Shown here in pieces: positions 44,485-53,919 of a stretch of 64,000 nucleotides of DNA. Under the pieces are notes generated by a model. It did no database searches. It was not told where the DNA came from and worked only from the letters and a program-made list of their open reading frames with translations. Numbering within the stretch: the stretch's first letter is position 1; every line of letters begins with the position of its first letter. The stretch comes from an uncultured Thermoleophilia bacterium (GTDB taxonomy: Bacteria > Actinomycetota > Thermoleophilia > Gaiellales > Gaiellaceae). Where the stretch lies: contig CAWAYE010000004.1 in NCBI GenBank assembly GCA_963786185.1, forward strand, positions 44,105-108,104, given 5' to 3'. The translations under genes and the position numbers were made by a program.

Positions 44485-46206
44485 ATGCCGAGCAGGCGGT
44501 TTGCGCTGCGCCTCGATTCGTGCGAGAACGAGGCCGTGGACGCCGCTGATCTCCGCTACGGGCTGACCCTCTCGGGCGCAGACCCGGCCGCGATCGGCAA
44601 GGCGCTGGTCGAGGCCGCGGTCGGCCTCGGCCGCCGCCCGGAGCGCGTGCTCCGGCGTGCCGCGGAGCTGGCGCTGGCTGAGGCCGCGGTCGGCATCGAC
44701 GTCTCACGGATGCTCCTCGGGGCGCACGACGAGCCCGTCGCCGCCGCGGACCCCTCCGACCGCCGCTTCGCAGACCGCGCCTGGCGCGAGAACCCCGCGC
44801 TCCGCGCGGCGCTCGGCAGCTATGTCGTCTCGTCGCGGGTCGCGCGCGGACTGCTCGAGGACGCCGACGTCTCGAAAGAGACACGCCGCAAGGCGCGCTT
44901 CGCGCTCGAGATCGGGCTGGCCGCCCTCGCGCCGACGAACGTGCCGTGGCTGAACCCGAAGGCCGTGAAGGAGCTCTTCGAGACCGGCGGCCTGAGCGCC
45001 TGGCGGGGCCTCGGGAACGTGGTCGACGACGTGCTCCACAACAACGGCCGGCCGCGGCAGTTCGACGAGGGCGCGCTCGCCGTCGGCTCCGGGCTCGCGG
45101 CGACGCCGGGGCGGGTCGTGTACCGCAACGACCTGATCGAGCTGCTCGCCTACGAGCCGCAGACCGAGACCGTCTTCGAGCAGCCGCTGCTCTACAGCCC
45201 CGCCTGGATCAACAAGTACTACGTGCTCGACCTCGCGCCGGGCCGCTCGTTCATCGAGCACGCCGTGCGCTCCGGGTTCACCGTGTTCGCGATCAGCTAC
45301 CGAAACCCCGACGAGTCGATGGTCGACCTGCGGCTCGACGACTACCTGCGGACGGGGTTCCTCGCCGCCCTCGCGAAGTGCAGCGAGCTCACCGGATCGT
45401 CCAAGGTCAACGTCATCGGCGTGTGCGTCGGCGGGACGCTCACGGCGCTCGCGCTCGCGGCGCTGGCCGCGCGGGGCGAGGGGGAGCGCATCGGCTCGGC
45501 GACGCTCAGCGTCGCACTCGTCGACTTCGCCGAGCCAGGCGGCGCCGGAGCGTTCACGGACGCCGAGTCGATCGACCGGATCGTGAGTCAGACGGGCAAG
45601 CGCGGCTACTTCTCCGGCGACGAGGTCGCGAGCCCGTTCAACCTGATGCGGACGACGGAGTTCTTCTGGAACTACGTCGTCTCGAACTGGTACATGGGCC
45701 GCAAGCCCGCTCCCTTCGACATCCTCGCCTGGAACGCCGACCGCATGCGGCTTCCGGTGGGGATGCACGCCGAGGTGCTGCGCGGGTGCTACCTCGAGAA
45801 CCGGCTGGTTCGCCCCGGCGCCTTCTCGATCGACGGCACGCCGGTCGACCTCTCGCTGATCGACACCCCGCTCTACGTGCTCGGCACCGAGACCGACCAC
45901 ATCGCCCCCTGGCGGTCGGTCTATCGGACGACGCAGCACGTCTCGGGGCCGTGCCGCTTCGTCCTGACCTCGGGCGGCCACATCGCCGGCATGGTGAACC
46001 CACCGGGCAGGCCGGGCGCGTGGCACCGGGTGTCGGGCGACGGCTGCCCTCCCGATCCCGATCGCTGGCTCGACCAGGCGCGCACCGTCGACGGCAGCTG
46101 GTGGGACGACTGGGTCGCCTGGGCGTCGGAGCGGTCGGGCGGCCGCGTCCAGCCGCCGCGGCTGCCCGAGGGCGAGCCGGCGCCGGGTCGCTACGTCCGC
46201 AGCTAA
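44485..46206 (+). CDS. phaC: Poly(R)-hydroxyalkanoate synthase, class I-like
   Basis: 573 aa (GTG 44536 is an alternative start). It has the lipase-box-like GVCVGG with catalytic Cys and PhaC-type N- and C-terminal regions. Confidence 0.9.
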   Translation: MPSRRFALRLDSCENEAVDAADLRYGLTLSGADPAAIGKALVEAAVGLGRRPERVLRRAAELALAEAAVGIDVSRMLLGAHDEPVAAADPSDRRFADRAWRENPALRAALGSYVVSSRVARGLLEDADVSKETRRKARFALEIGLAALAPTNVPWLNPKAVKELFETGGLSAWRGLGNVVDDVLHNNGRPRQFDEGALAVGSGLAATPGRVVYRNDLIELLAYEPQTETVFEQPLLYSPAWINKYYVLDLAPGRSFIEHAVRSGFTVFAISYRNPDESMVDLRLDDYLRTGFLAALAKCSELTGSSKVNVIGVCVGGTLTALALAALAARGEGERIGSATLSVALVDFAEPGGAGAFTDAESIDRIVSQTGKRGYFSGDEVASPFNLMRTTEFFWNYVVSNWYMGRKPAPFDILAWNADRMRLPVGMHAEVLRGCYLENRLVRPGAFSIDGTPVDLSLIDTPLYVLGTETDHIAPWRSVYRTTQHVSGPCRFVLTSGGHIAGMVNPPGRPGAWHRVSGDGCPPDPDRWLDQARTVDGSWWDDWVAWASERSGGRVQPPRLPEGEPAPGRYVRS

Positions 46207-46217
46207 TCGTTAGCCTC

Positions 46218-47027
46218 GTGCCCGTGCGCTTCGCGACGAACGGGTCCGTCCGTCTGGCGTACGACGTGGGCGGAAGCGGCCCGCCGCTCCTGCTGATCCA
46301 TGGGCTCGGCTATTGCCGGCTCGGCTGGGGGCCTGTCACCCGGCAGCTCGCGGAGCATTTCCAGGTCGTGCACTTCGACAACCGCGGCGTCGGCGACAGC
46401 GACGCGCCCCGCGGGCCCTACACGGTCAGCGCCCTCGCCGCCGACGCCCTTGCCGTGCTCGATCACGCCGGGGTCGAGCGCGCACATGTCGTCGGCGTCA
46501 GCCTCGGAGGCGTGATCGCGCAGATGCTCGCAGCCGGCTCGCCCGACCGTGTCGACCGGCTCGTCCTCGCCGGGTCGACGTCCGGGGGCGCGCGCTCGTA
46601 TCCGCCGCCGCGCTCGAGCCTGCTCCTGATGACGCAGGCGGCCGCCCTCGAGCGCGAAGAGCTCCTCCGGCGTCTCGTCGTCAACGCGCTCGCGCCCCGG
46701 ACCGTCGAGCGCCGGCCGGAGCTCGTCGACGAGATCCTCGACTACCGCAGGCAGCGCGCACCCGGGCTCGGCCCGTGGCTCGCCCAGGCCGCCGCCGGCG
46801 CGTGGTTCGGGCTGGTCGGGCGCGGCGGCGCGATCGAGGCGCCGACCCTCGTCCTGCACGGCGCCGCCGACCACGTCGTCGACCCGCGGAACGCCGAGCT
46901 GCTCGCCGGCAGCATCCCCGGCGCGGAGCTGGTCGTGTTCGAGCACGCGGGCCACCTGCTCTTCTGGGAAGAGCCGGAGCGGTTCGTCTCCACGCTCTCG
47001 CGCTTCCTCGGCCGCGCCGCCGCCTGA
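46218..47027 (+). CDS. Alpha/beta hydrolase (paralog of 51752..52507)
   Basis: This is the tail of ORF 44946..47027 from GTG 46218. It has HGLGY, FDNRGVGDSD, GVSLGG and HGAADHVV..AGHLLFWE. Confidence 0.85.
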   Translation: MPVRFATNGSVRLAYDVGGSGPPLLLIHGLGYCRLGWGPVTRQLAEHFQVVHFDNRGVGDSDAPRGPYTVSALAADALAVLDHAGVERAHVVGVSLGGVIAQMLAAGSPDRVDRLVLAGSTSGGARSYPPPRSSLLLMTQAAALEREELLRRLVVNALAPRTVERRPELVDEILDYRRQRAPGLGPWLAQAAAGAWFGLVGRGGAIEAPTLVLHGAADHVVDPRNAELLAGSIPGAELVVFEHAGHLLFWEEPERFVSTLSRFLGRAAA

Positions 47028-47076
47028 ACCCTGCCCGTTCGGGGCGAGAGCTGGCCCCCGATGCGGGTTTTCACCG

Positions 47077-47106
47077 TTGACAGGCTCGCCCGAACCTGGA
47101 TAGAAC
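47077..47106 (+). promoter_or_regulatory. Sigma-70-like promoter candidate, TTGACA-N18-TAGAAC
   Basis: There is a perfect -35 hexamer at 47077-47082 and a TAnnn(C/T)-type -10 at 47101-47106, about 55 nt upstream of the SBP gene ATG 47162. Confidence 0.4.
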
Positions 47107-47161
47107 TAACACCTGAATCGGGTCTCAGTTCTCGCTCCACGTCTCCAGAAGGGATGCGCTC

Positions 47162-48358
47162 ATGCGCCATCGGTTCACGAAGGTCCTGCTCGGGCTGGCG
47201 CTCTTCACGCTGCTCGCCGGGACCGCGACCGTCGCTGCGAGGTCGCACTCGAGCTCGGCCGGCTCCTACAACGTCGGCTTCATCTATCCCCGCACCGGTC
47301 TGCTCGGCGCGTACGGCGCCGAGGAGATCGAAGGCTTCAAGCTGGGGCTGCAGTACGCGACGAAGGGCACCAACAAGGTCAACGGGAAGACGATCAACGT
47401 CACCTACCAGGACGACCGGGGCGATCCCGCCACCGGCGTCTCGCAGGCGAAGGACTTGATCGGCCAGGGCTACAAGATCCTGATGGGCACCGGCTCGTCC
47501 GGCGTCGCCCTCCAGATCGCGCCGCTCGCTGCCCAGAATCAGATCCTCTACCTCTCCGGGCCGGCAGCCGCCGACGCGATCACCGGCCTCAACAAGTACA
47601 CGTTCCGCTCGGGCCGCCAGACGATCCAGGACGTGCTCGACGCGGCCTCGTTCCTCGGCAAGTCCACCGGCAAGAAGGTCGTCGTCTTCGACCAGGACTC
47701 CGTCTTCGGCCACGGCAACTACGCCGCGGTCAAGACCTACATCGGAGGCAAGGGCCACACCGTCACCGAGATCTCGGTGCCGCTGACCGCGACCGACTTC
47801 ACGCCGTTCGCGCTCCAGGCCAAGCAGGCGAACCCCGACCTGCTGTTCGTCGCCTGGGCCGGAACCACCGCCGGCGCGATGTGGAACGCACTTGACCAGC
47901 AGGGCGTCTTCGCCGGCACGCAGGTGGTCACGGGTCTCGCCGAGCGCGCGACCTGGGCCGCCACCGGTCCTGTCGCGACGAAGATCCAGTACCTCTCGCA
48001 CTACGTCTGGACCGCGCCGCACAACAAGGTCAACACCTGGCTGATGAACGCGGTGCGCAAGCGCGGCCACGGTCAGGTACCCGACCTGTTCACGCCGGAC
48101 GGCTTCGTCGCCGCGCAGATGCTCGTCCACGCGCTGCAGAAGGGCGACTACGACGTCGACAAGATGATCTCCGCGCTCGAGGGGTGGAAGTTCCTCGCTC
48201 CGAAGGGCTTCCAGGCCATCAGGCCGCAGGATCATGCGATGTTGCAGCCGATGTTCCGCGTGAAGCTGGTGTCGAAGAACGGGCACCTCGTGCCGAACAT
48301 CCTCGGCACGGCGTCGCCGTACGACACCGCTCCACCCATCCACCCGTTCCCGAGCTAG
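47162..48358 (+). CDS. ABC transporter substrate-binding protein, Liv (branched-chain amino acid/organic acid) type
   Basis: 398 aa with a signal peptide and the type 1 periplasmic binding fold pattern. Confidence 0.88.
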   Translation: MRHRFTKVLLGLALFTLLAGTATVAARSHSSSAGSYNVGFIYPRTGLLGAYGAEEIEGFKLGLQYATKGTNKVNGKTINVTYQDDRGDPATGVSQAKDLIGQGYKILMGTGSSGVALQIAPLAAQNQILYLSGPAAADAITGLNKYTFRSGRQTIQDVLDAASFLGKSTGKKVVVFDQDSVFGHGNYAAVKTYIGGKGHTVTEISVPLTATDFTPFALQAKQANPDLLFVAWAGTTAGAMWNALDQQGVFAGTQVVTGLAERATWAATGPVATKIQYLSHYVWTAPHNKVNTWLMNAVRKRGHGQVPDLFTPDGFVAAQMLVHALQKGDYDVDKMISALEGWKFLAPKGFQAIRPQDHAMLQPMFRVKLVSKNGHLVPNILGTASPYDTAPPIHPFPS

Positions 48359-48380
48359 GGGACGAGGCACGACCCCGCGC

Positions 48381-49139
48381 GTGAGCGCATCTCCAATCCT
48401 GGTCACGAAAGGCCTCGGACTCGACATCGGCGGCGCCACGATCGTCGCCGATGTCGGGCTCGAGGTGCGTCACGGCGAGCTGCTGGCCGTGATCGGGCCG
48501 AACGGCGCCGGCAAGACGACGCTGTTCAACCTCGTCTCCGGGCTGCTCAAGCCGACGAGCGGACGGGTCGAGCTGGACGGCGCCGACATCACGGACGACC
48601 CGCCGTTCCGGCGCACGCGTGCCGGTCTCGGTCGCACGTTCCAGGTCTCGAACGTGTTCCCGCTCTTGTCGGCACTCGAGAACGTCCGGCTGGCGGCGGA
48701 GGCCGCGCTCGGCGGGACGATGCGGATCTGGCGGCAGGCGTCGGCCGTGCGAGAGGCGCTCGAGCGCGCCCACTGGGCGCTCGCGCGCGTCGGTCTCGGG
48801 GAGCGGCAGCTCGTCCCGGCCGCGGGGCTCGCGCACGGCGACAAGCGCAAGCTGGAGCTCGCGATGCTGCTCGCCGGCGAGCCGAAGATCCTGCTGCTCG
48901 ACGAGCCGATGGCGGGCGTCTCGATGGAGAACGTCCCCGAGCTGGTCGAGCTGATCCGGTCGGTGCACGTCGACGAGGGCAAGACCGTGCTCATGGTCGA
49001 GCACCACATGGAGGTGGTGACCGGGCTCGCGCAGCGGATCGCGGTCATGCACCACGGTCGCCTGCTCGCGGTCGACGAACCGGCTGCGATCATGCGCAAC
49101 CCGACCGTGCAGCAGGCGTATCTCGGAGAGCCGCTGTAA
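48381..49139 (+). CDS. ABC transporter ATP-binding protein (LivG-like)
   Basis: Walker A GPNGAGKTT, an LSGG-type signature region and LLLDEP. Confidence 0.92.
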   Translation: MSASPILVTKGLGLDIGGATIVADVGLEVRHGELLAVIGPNGAGKTTLFNLVSGLLKPTSGRVELDGADITDDPPFRRTRAGLGRTFQVSNVFPLLSALENVRLAAEAALGGTMRIWRQASAVREALERAHWALARVGLGERQLVPAAGLAHGDKRKLELAMLLAGEPKILLLDEPMAGVSMENVPELVELIRSVHVDEGKTVLMVEHHMEVVTGLAQRIAVMHHGRLLAVDEPAAIMRNPTVQQAYLGEPL

Positions 49140-49837
49140 TGGCCGCCGTCCTCTCGGTCCGCGACCTGCACGTCTATCTCGGCGAGTCGCACGTGCTGCA
49201 GGGAATCTCGTTCGACGTGGCCGACGGCGGCGCAACTGCGCTGCTCGGGCGCAACGGCGTCGGCAAGACGACCACGTTGCGCGCGCTGATGGGGCTGGTC
49301 GGCAGGCACGGGCGGGTCGAGCTCGCGGGAACCGACATCACCTCGACGCCGACGCACAAGATCGTGCGTCACGGCATCGGCTACGTGCCCGAGGACCGCG
49401 AAATCTTCACCGGCCTCTCGGTGGCGGAGAACCTCCGCATCGCCGAGCGGGACGCCCAGCCCCGCTACGAGCTCGTCTACGACCTCTTTCCGGAGCTGAA
49501 GGAGCGCGCGAAGCAGCGCGCCGGCACGCTCTCGGGCGGTCAGCAGCAGATGGTCGCGATCGCGCGGGCGCTGCTGAACGGCAATCGCGTGCTGCTGATC
49601 GACGAGCCGACGAAGGGTCTCGCCCCGCTGCTCGTCACCGAGGTCGCGAACGTGCTCGCGCGCGCCGCCGAGCTGACCACGATCCTGCTCGTGGAGCAGA
49701 ACCTCGGCGTCGTCCAGCGCGTCGCCCGCGACGCGGTCGTGCTCGACACCGGTCGGGTCGTGCACGTCGGGCCGGCGCAGGAGCTGCTCGACGACAAGCC
49801 GATGGTCCACCGGATGCTCGGCGTGGGGCGGTCATGA
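49139..49837 (+). CDS. ABC transporter ATP-binding protein (LivF-like)
   Basis: Walker A GRNGVGKTT, LSGGQQQM and LLIDEP. Its start shares 1 nt with the upstream stop (TAATG). Confidence 0.92.
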   Translation: MAAVLSVRDLHVYLGESHVLQGISFDVADGGATALLGRNGVGKTTTLRALMGLVGRHGRVELAGTDITSTPTHKIVRHGIGYVPEDREIFTGLSVAENLRIAERDAQPRYELVYDLFPELKERAKQRAGTLSGGQQQMVAIARALLNGNRVLLIDEPTKGLAPLLVTEVANVLARAAELTTILLVEQNLGVVQRVARDAVVLDTGRVVHVGPAQELLDDKPMVHRMLGVGRS

Positions 49838-50715
49838 GCACCCTGCTCCTGCTCACGATCACGGGGATCGGGCTCGGCGCCGTGTACTTCCTGATCGCCT
49901 CGGGTCTCTCGCTGATCTACGGGCTGATGGGCGTTCTCAACTTCGCGCACGGCGCCTTCCTGACGGTCGGCTCGTACACGATGTGGTTCACCGAGTCGAA
50001 GCTCGGCGGGATCCCCGTGCTGCCGCGCTTCCTGCTCGGCGCTCTCGCCGGTCTCGTCGTCGGTGCGGGCTTCGCGGCGCTGGTCGAGCTCGTCTTCATC
50101 CGCCCGCTGTACGGCCGCCACATCGAGCAGGTGCTGGTGACCATCGGCGTCTCGCTCGCCGTCGGGGCGCTCGTGGTCGCGATCTGGGGCAACGACGCAC
50201 GCGTCGTGGCGAAGCCGCACTGGGCCGGCAGCACGACGACGCTCTTCGGCGCGCACATTCCGAACGACCGCTGGATCGAGATCCTCGCGGCGCTGGGCGT
50301 GCTCTTCGGCCTCGAGACCTTCCTCAAGCGCACGCGCTACGGCCTGATCATCCGCGCCGGTGTGGAGAACCGGGCGATGGTGACCGCCCTCGGGATCGAC
50401 GTTCGCAAGGCCTTCACGCTCGTGTTCGCCCTCGGCGGTGTGGCGGCGGGGCTCGCCGGAGTGCTCTACGGCGTGTACGTCGGCACCGTCGACCCCACGC
50501 AGGGGACGAGCGTACTGATCTTCGCCTTCATCGTCGTCGTGATCGGCGGCCTGGGCTCGTTGCGCGGAACCGCCGTCGCGGCCGTCGTCGTCGGCCTGAT
50601 CCAGCAGTACACGAACTACTACGCCTCGTCGGGGCTGGGCGACCTGAGTGTCGTCCTGCTGCTCGCGGCCGTGTTGCTCGTCCGTCCGACGGGCCTGTCG
50701 AGGAGCCTCGCGTGA
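49834..50715 (+). CDS. Branched-chain-type ABC permease (LivH-like)
   Basis: 293-aa polytopic protein. ATGA overlap with the upstream gene. Confidence 0.9.
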   Translation: MSTLLLLTITGIGLGAVYFLIASGLSLIYGLMGVLNFAHGAFLTVGSYTMWFTESKLGGIPVLPRFLLGALAGLVVGAGFAALVELVFIRPLYGRHIEQVLVTIGVSLAVGALVVAIWGNDARVVAKPHWAGSTTTLFGAHIPNDRWIEILAALGVLFGLETFLKRTRYGLIIRAGVENRAMVTALGIDVRKAFTLVFALGGVAAGLAGVLYGVYVGTVDPTQGTSVLIFAFIVVVIGGLGSLRGTAVAAVVVGLIQQYTNYYASSGLGDLSVVLLLAAVLLVRPTGLSRSLA

Positions 50716-51755
50716 GGCGCTTCGGCATTCCGCTCCTGATCTTCGTCGCGCTGGCCTTCGTCCCGAAGCTGACGGTCGACCTGCCGTACGTCTTCAAGCA
50801 TTCGATCAACACACCGGGGACGCTCCAGCTGCTCGCGACGTGCCTCGTCTTCGGCGGCGTCGCCCTCACCTACGACCTGCTCTTCGGCTTCACGGGCCTG
50901 CTCTCGTTCGGGCACGCGCTCTACTTCGCGGTCGGCGTCTACCTCGTCACGATCGCCGTGACGAAGTGGCACTGGAGCTTCTGGGCGGCGATCGCGTTCA
51001 CCGCGCTCGTCGGCCTCCTGCTCCCGCTCGCGCTCGGGTCCGTCTCGCTGCGCGTGGGCGGGATCGCCTTCGCGATGGTCACGCTCGCCTTCGCGCAGGC
51101 CGGCTCGGTGCTCGCCTTCAAGAACCCGTTCGGCTGGACCGGCGGCGAAGAGGGGCTCGGCGCCGACTACACCAAGCTCCCCGACTGGACGGTGGGAATC
51201 CTCAACACGCGGCACCTGTACTGGATCGCGCTCGCCTATGCGGCTGTCGTCTTCTTCGCCGTCCACTGGGCGATCGGCTCGTCGCCGGGGCACGTCTGGC
51301 AGGCGATCCGCGAGAACGAGCTGCGCGTGCAGGTGCTCGGGCTGCGTCCGTACGCGTTCAAGCTGATGGCGTTCGTGCTCGCGTCGTTTCTCGCGACTGC
51401 CGGCGGCGTCGTCTACCTCCTGCTCTACAGCGGCGCCACGACCGACGTCACGACCGCGAACTTCACGCTGACGCTGTTGATCATGGTCGTGCTCGGCGGA
51501 ACGGGCACGCGCTGGGGCGCGATGATCGGCGGAATCCTCTACACCTGGGCGAACCAGCGGCTGATCGACGCGTCGTCGTCGCACTCCGTCTCGACGTTGC
51601 CCGGGGTGCTGCGCACGCCGTTGCAGCAGCCCCTGTTCGTGCTCGGTGTCCTGTTCATACTCGTCGTGTTCTTCGCGCCCGGCGGGCTCGCCCAGATCCA
51701 CCGCCTCCGCGTGCCGAAGACCGTGCAGCGCTTGCAGGAGGCGATGCAGAAATGA
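50712..51755 (+). CDS. Branched-chain-type ABC permease (LivM-like)
   Basis: GTG 50712 (GTGA overlap) in ORF 49983..51755. Polytopic. Confidence 0.88.
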   Translation: MRRFGIPLLIFVALAFVPKLTVDLPYVFKHSINTPGTLQLLATCLVFGGVALTYDLLFGFTGLLSFGHALYFAVGVYLVTIAVTKWHWSFWAAIAFTALVGLLLPLALGSVSLRVGGIAFAMVTLAFAQAGSVLAFKNPFGWTGGEEGLGADYTKLPDWTVGILNTRHLYWIALAYAAVVFFAVHWAIGSSPGHVWQAIRENELRVQVLGLRPYAFKLMAFVLASFLATAGGVVYLLLYSGATTDVTTANFTLTLLIMVVLGGTGTRWGAMIGGILYTWANQRLIDASSSHSVSTLPGVLRTPLQQPLFVLGVLFILVVFFAPGGLAQIHRLRVPKTVQRLQEAMQK

Positions 51756-52507
51756 TCAAGATCGCGTGGGAGTCGCACGGGGCCGGCCACCCGCTCCTGC
51801 TGATCCAGGGGCTCGGCTACGCCCGCTGGGGCTGGGACCCGGTGCTGCCGGCGCTCGCCGAGCGCTATCGCGTGCTCACGTTCGACAACCGCGGCATCGG
51901 CGAGTCGGACAAGCCCGAAGGCCCGTACACGGCACAGCTGATGGCCGCCGACGCGCTGCAGGTGCTCGACGAGGCCGGGGTCGACCGCGCGCACGTCGTC
52001 GGCGCGAGCCTCGGGGGCATGATCGCCCAGGAGGTCGCAGCCGGCGCGCCGGAGCGGGTCGACAAGCTCGTCCTTTGCTGCACGACGCGAGGGGGAGACG
52101 ACGCGGTTCCGATGCCCGAGGCGACGCTGCAACTGCTGGCCGAGTCCGCGTCGCTCGAGCCCGCGGTCGCGCTCCGGCGCTTCATCGAGAACGCGCTCGC
52201 CGCGGCGCCGGACGAGGCGCTCGTGGATGAGCTCCTCCGCCGGCGCCTGGCCGACCCTCCGGATCCGGCCGGGTGGCAGGCGCAGGCCGCGGCGGGCACC
52301 ACCTTCCCGGGCGTTGACCGGCCGATCTCCGCAGACACGCTCGTGCTGCACGGAACGGAGGACAACGTCGTCGACCACCGGAACGCGCAGCTGATCGCCG
52401 ACTCGATCCCGGGAACGGCCGTCCGGCTCTTCCCGGGTACGGGGCACATGCTCTTCTGGGAGCGGCCCGACGAGTTCGTCGCGGCGGTGACGGAGTTCCT
52501 CGGATGA
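51752..52507 (+). CDS. Alpha/beta hydrolase (paralog of 46218..47027)
   Basis: ATG 51752 (ATGA overlap) in ORF 50648..52507. It has QGLGY, FDNRGIGESD, GASLGG and HGTEDNVV..TGHMLFWE. Confidence 0.88.
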   Translation: MIKIAWESHGAGHPLLLIQGLGYARWGWDPVLPALAERYRVLTFDNRGIGESDKPEGPYTAQLMAADALQVLDEAGVDRAHVVGASLGGMIAQEVAAGAPERVDKLVLCCTTRGGDDAVPMPEATLQLLAESASLEPAVALRRFIENALAAAPDEALVDELLRRRLADPPDPAGWQAQAAAGTTFPGVDRPISADTLVLHGTEDNVVDHRNAQLIADSIPGTAVRLFPGTGHMLFWERPDEFVAAVTEFLG

Positions 52508-53919
52508 ACGAGCACACGATCGACCGGTGGCTCCGCGACCGCGCCCGGACGACGCCCGGCCGGACGGCGATCGACTACGACGGCAGCCTCACGACGTACC
52601 GCGAGCTCGACGAGCGCTCCGACGAAGTCGCGCGGACGCTCCGGCGCGGTCAGGTCGTGTCGACGCTGACCGGCACCTCGGCCGACCACGTCGTCCTCTT
52701 CTTCGGGTGCGCGAAGGCCGGTGCGGTCCTGCATCCGATCTCCTGGCGCCTCGCCCCGGCAGAGGTCGCTTACCAGCTCGACGACGCGGGCTCGTCGCTC
52801 TTCCTCGTCGAGGACGACTACCGCGAGCTCGGCGAAGAAGCGCTTGCGCTTGCCCGGGTCGAGCCTGCGCGCGGGCTCGGCGGCGATGCAGCTGCTGCAC
52901 TCGTTCCTCCGCACGACGACGACGGCCTGCTCCTGATCTACACGTCGGGCACGACCGGCAAGCCGAAGGGCGCCTTGCTGACGCAGGCGAACTGCTTCTG
53001 GACGAACCTCTCGCTCGACCTCGCCACCGGTCTCACGGGCGACGACGTCGTGCTCGCGTTCCTGCCGCAGTTCCACTGCGGCGGCTGGAACGTCCAGCCG
53101 CTGCTCGCGTGGTGGAAGGGGGCCTTGGTGGTGCTGGAGCGGGTGTTCGATCCCGCCCGGGCGCTGCGGCTGATCGAGGAGAAGCGCGTCACGACCGTGA
53201 TGGGCGTTCCGGCCAACTACCTGTTCATGGCCCAGGACCCCTCGTTCGCGAGCGCGGACCTCACCTCGCTGCGGCAAGCGGTCGTGGGCGGCGCGCCGAT
53301 GCCGGTGCCGCTGATCCAGACGTGGCGCGAGCGCGGTGTCGAGATCGTGCAGGGGTACGGCCTGACCGAGGCCGCGCCGAACGTGCTCTGCCTCCCGCCC
53401 GAGGACGCGATGCGGAAGATCGGCTCCGCCGGCCGGCCGTACCCGTTCGTGGACGTCGACGTCAGCGAGGCCGGCGAGCTGCTCGTCCGCGGCCCGAATG
53501 TCTTTCCCGGGTACTGGCGAAACCCGGAGGCGACGGCCGAGGCGCTGGCCGGAGGCTGGCTGCACACGGGCGACCTCGTGGAGCGGGACGACGAGGGGTA
53601 CTTCTGGATCAGAGGACGGCTCAAGGAGATGTACATCTCCGGCGGCGAGAACGTCTACCCGTCCGAGATCGAGTCGGTGCTCCACGAGCACCCGCAGGTG
53701 AAGGACGCTGCCGTCGTCGGCGTCGCCGACGAGCGCTGGGGCGAGGTCGGGCTCGCCTACGTCGTCGTGGACGGCGCGGTCACCGAGGACGAGCTGATCG
53801 CGTTCTGCCGCGACCGCCTCGCGCGGTTCAAGGTCCCGAAGCGTTTCGTGGTGGTCGACGAGCTGCCCCGCAACTCGATGGGGAAGATCCAGAAGTCCGA
53901 GCTTCAGGTGCGGGCGTGA
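52504..53919 (+). CDS. AMP-dependent acyl-CoA synthetase/ligase
   Basis: 471 aa with the YTSGTTGKPKG AMP-binding motif and GWLHTGD. ATGA overlap upstream. Confidence 0.92.
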   Translation: MNEHTIDRWLRDRARTTPGRTAIDYDGSLTTYRELDERSDEVARTLRRGQVVSTLTGTSADHVVLFFGCAKAGAVLHPISWRLAPAEVAYQLDDAGSSLFLVEDDYRELGEEALALARVEPARGLGGDAAAALVPPHDDDGLLLIYTSGTTGKPKGALLTQANCFWTNLSLDLATGLTGDDVVLAFLPQFHCGGWNVQPLLAWWKGALVVLERVFDPARALRLIEEKRVTTVMGVPANYLFMAQDPSFASADLTSLRQAVVGGAPMPVPLIQTWRERGVEIVQGYGLTEAAPNVLCLPPEDAMRKIGSAGRPYPFVDVDVSEAGELLVRGPNVFPGYWRNPEATAEALAGGWLHTGDLVERDDEGYFWIRGRLKEMYISGGENVYPSEIESVLHEHPQVKDAAVVGVADERWGEVGLAYVVVDGAVTEDELIAFCRDRLARFKVPKRFVVVDELPRNSMGKIQKSELQVRA

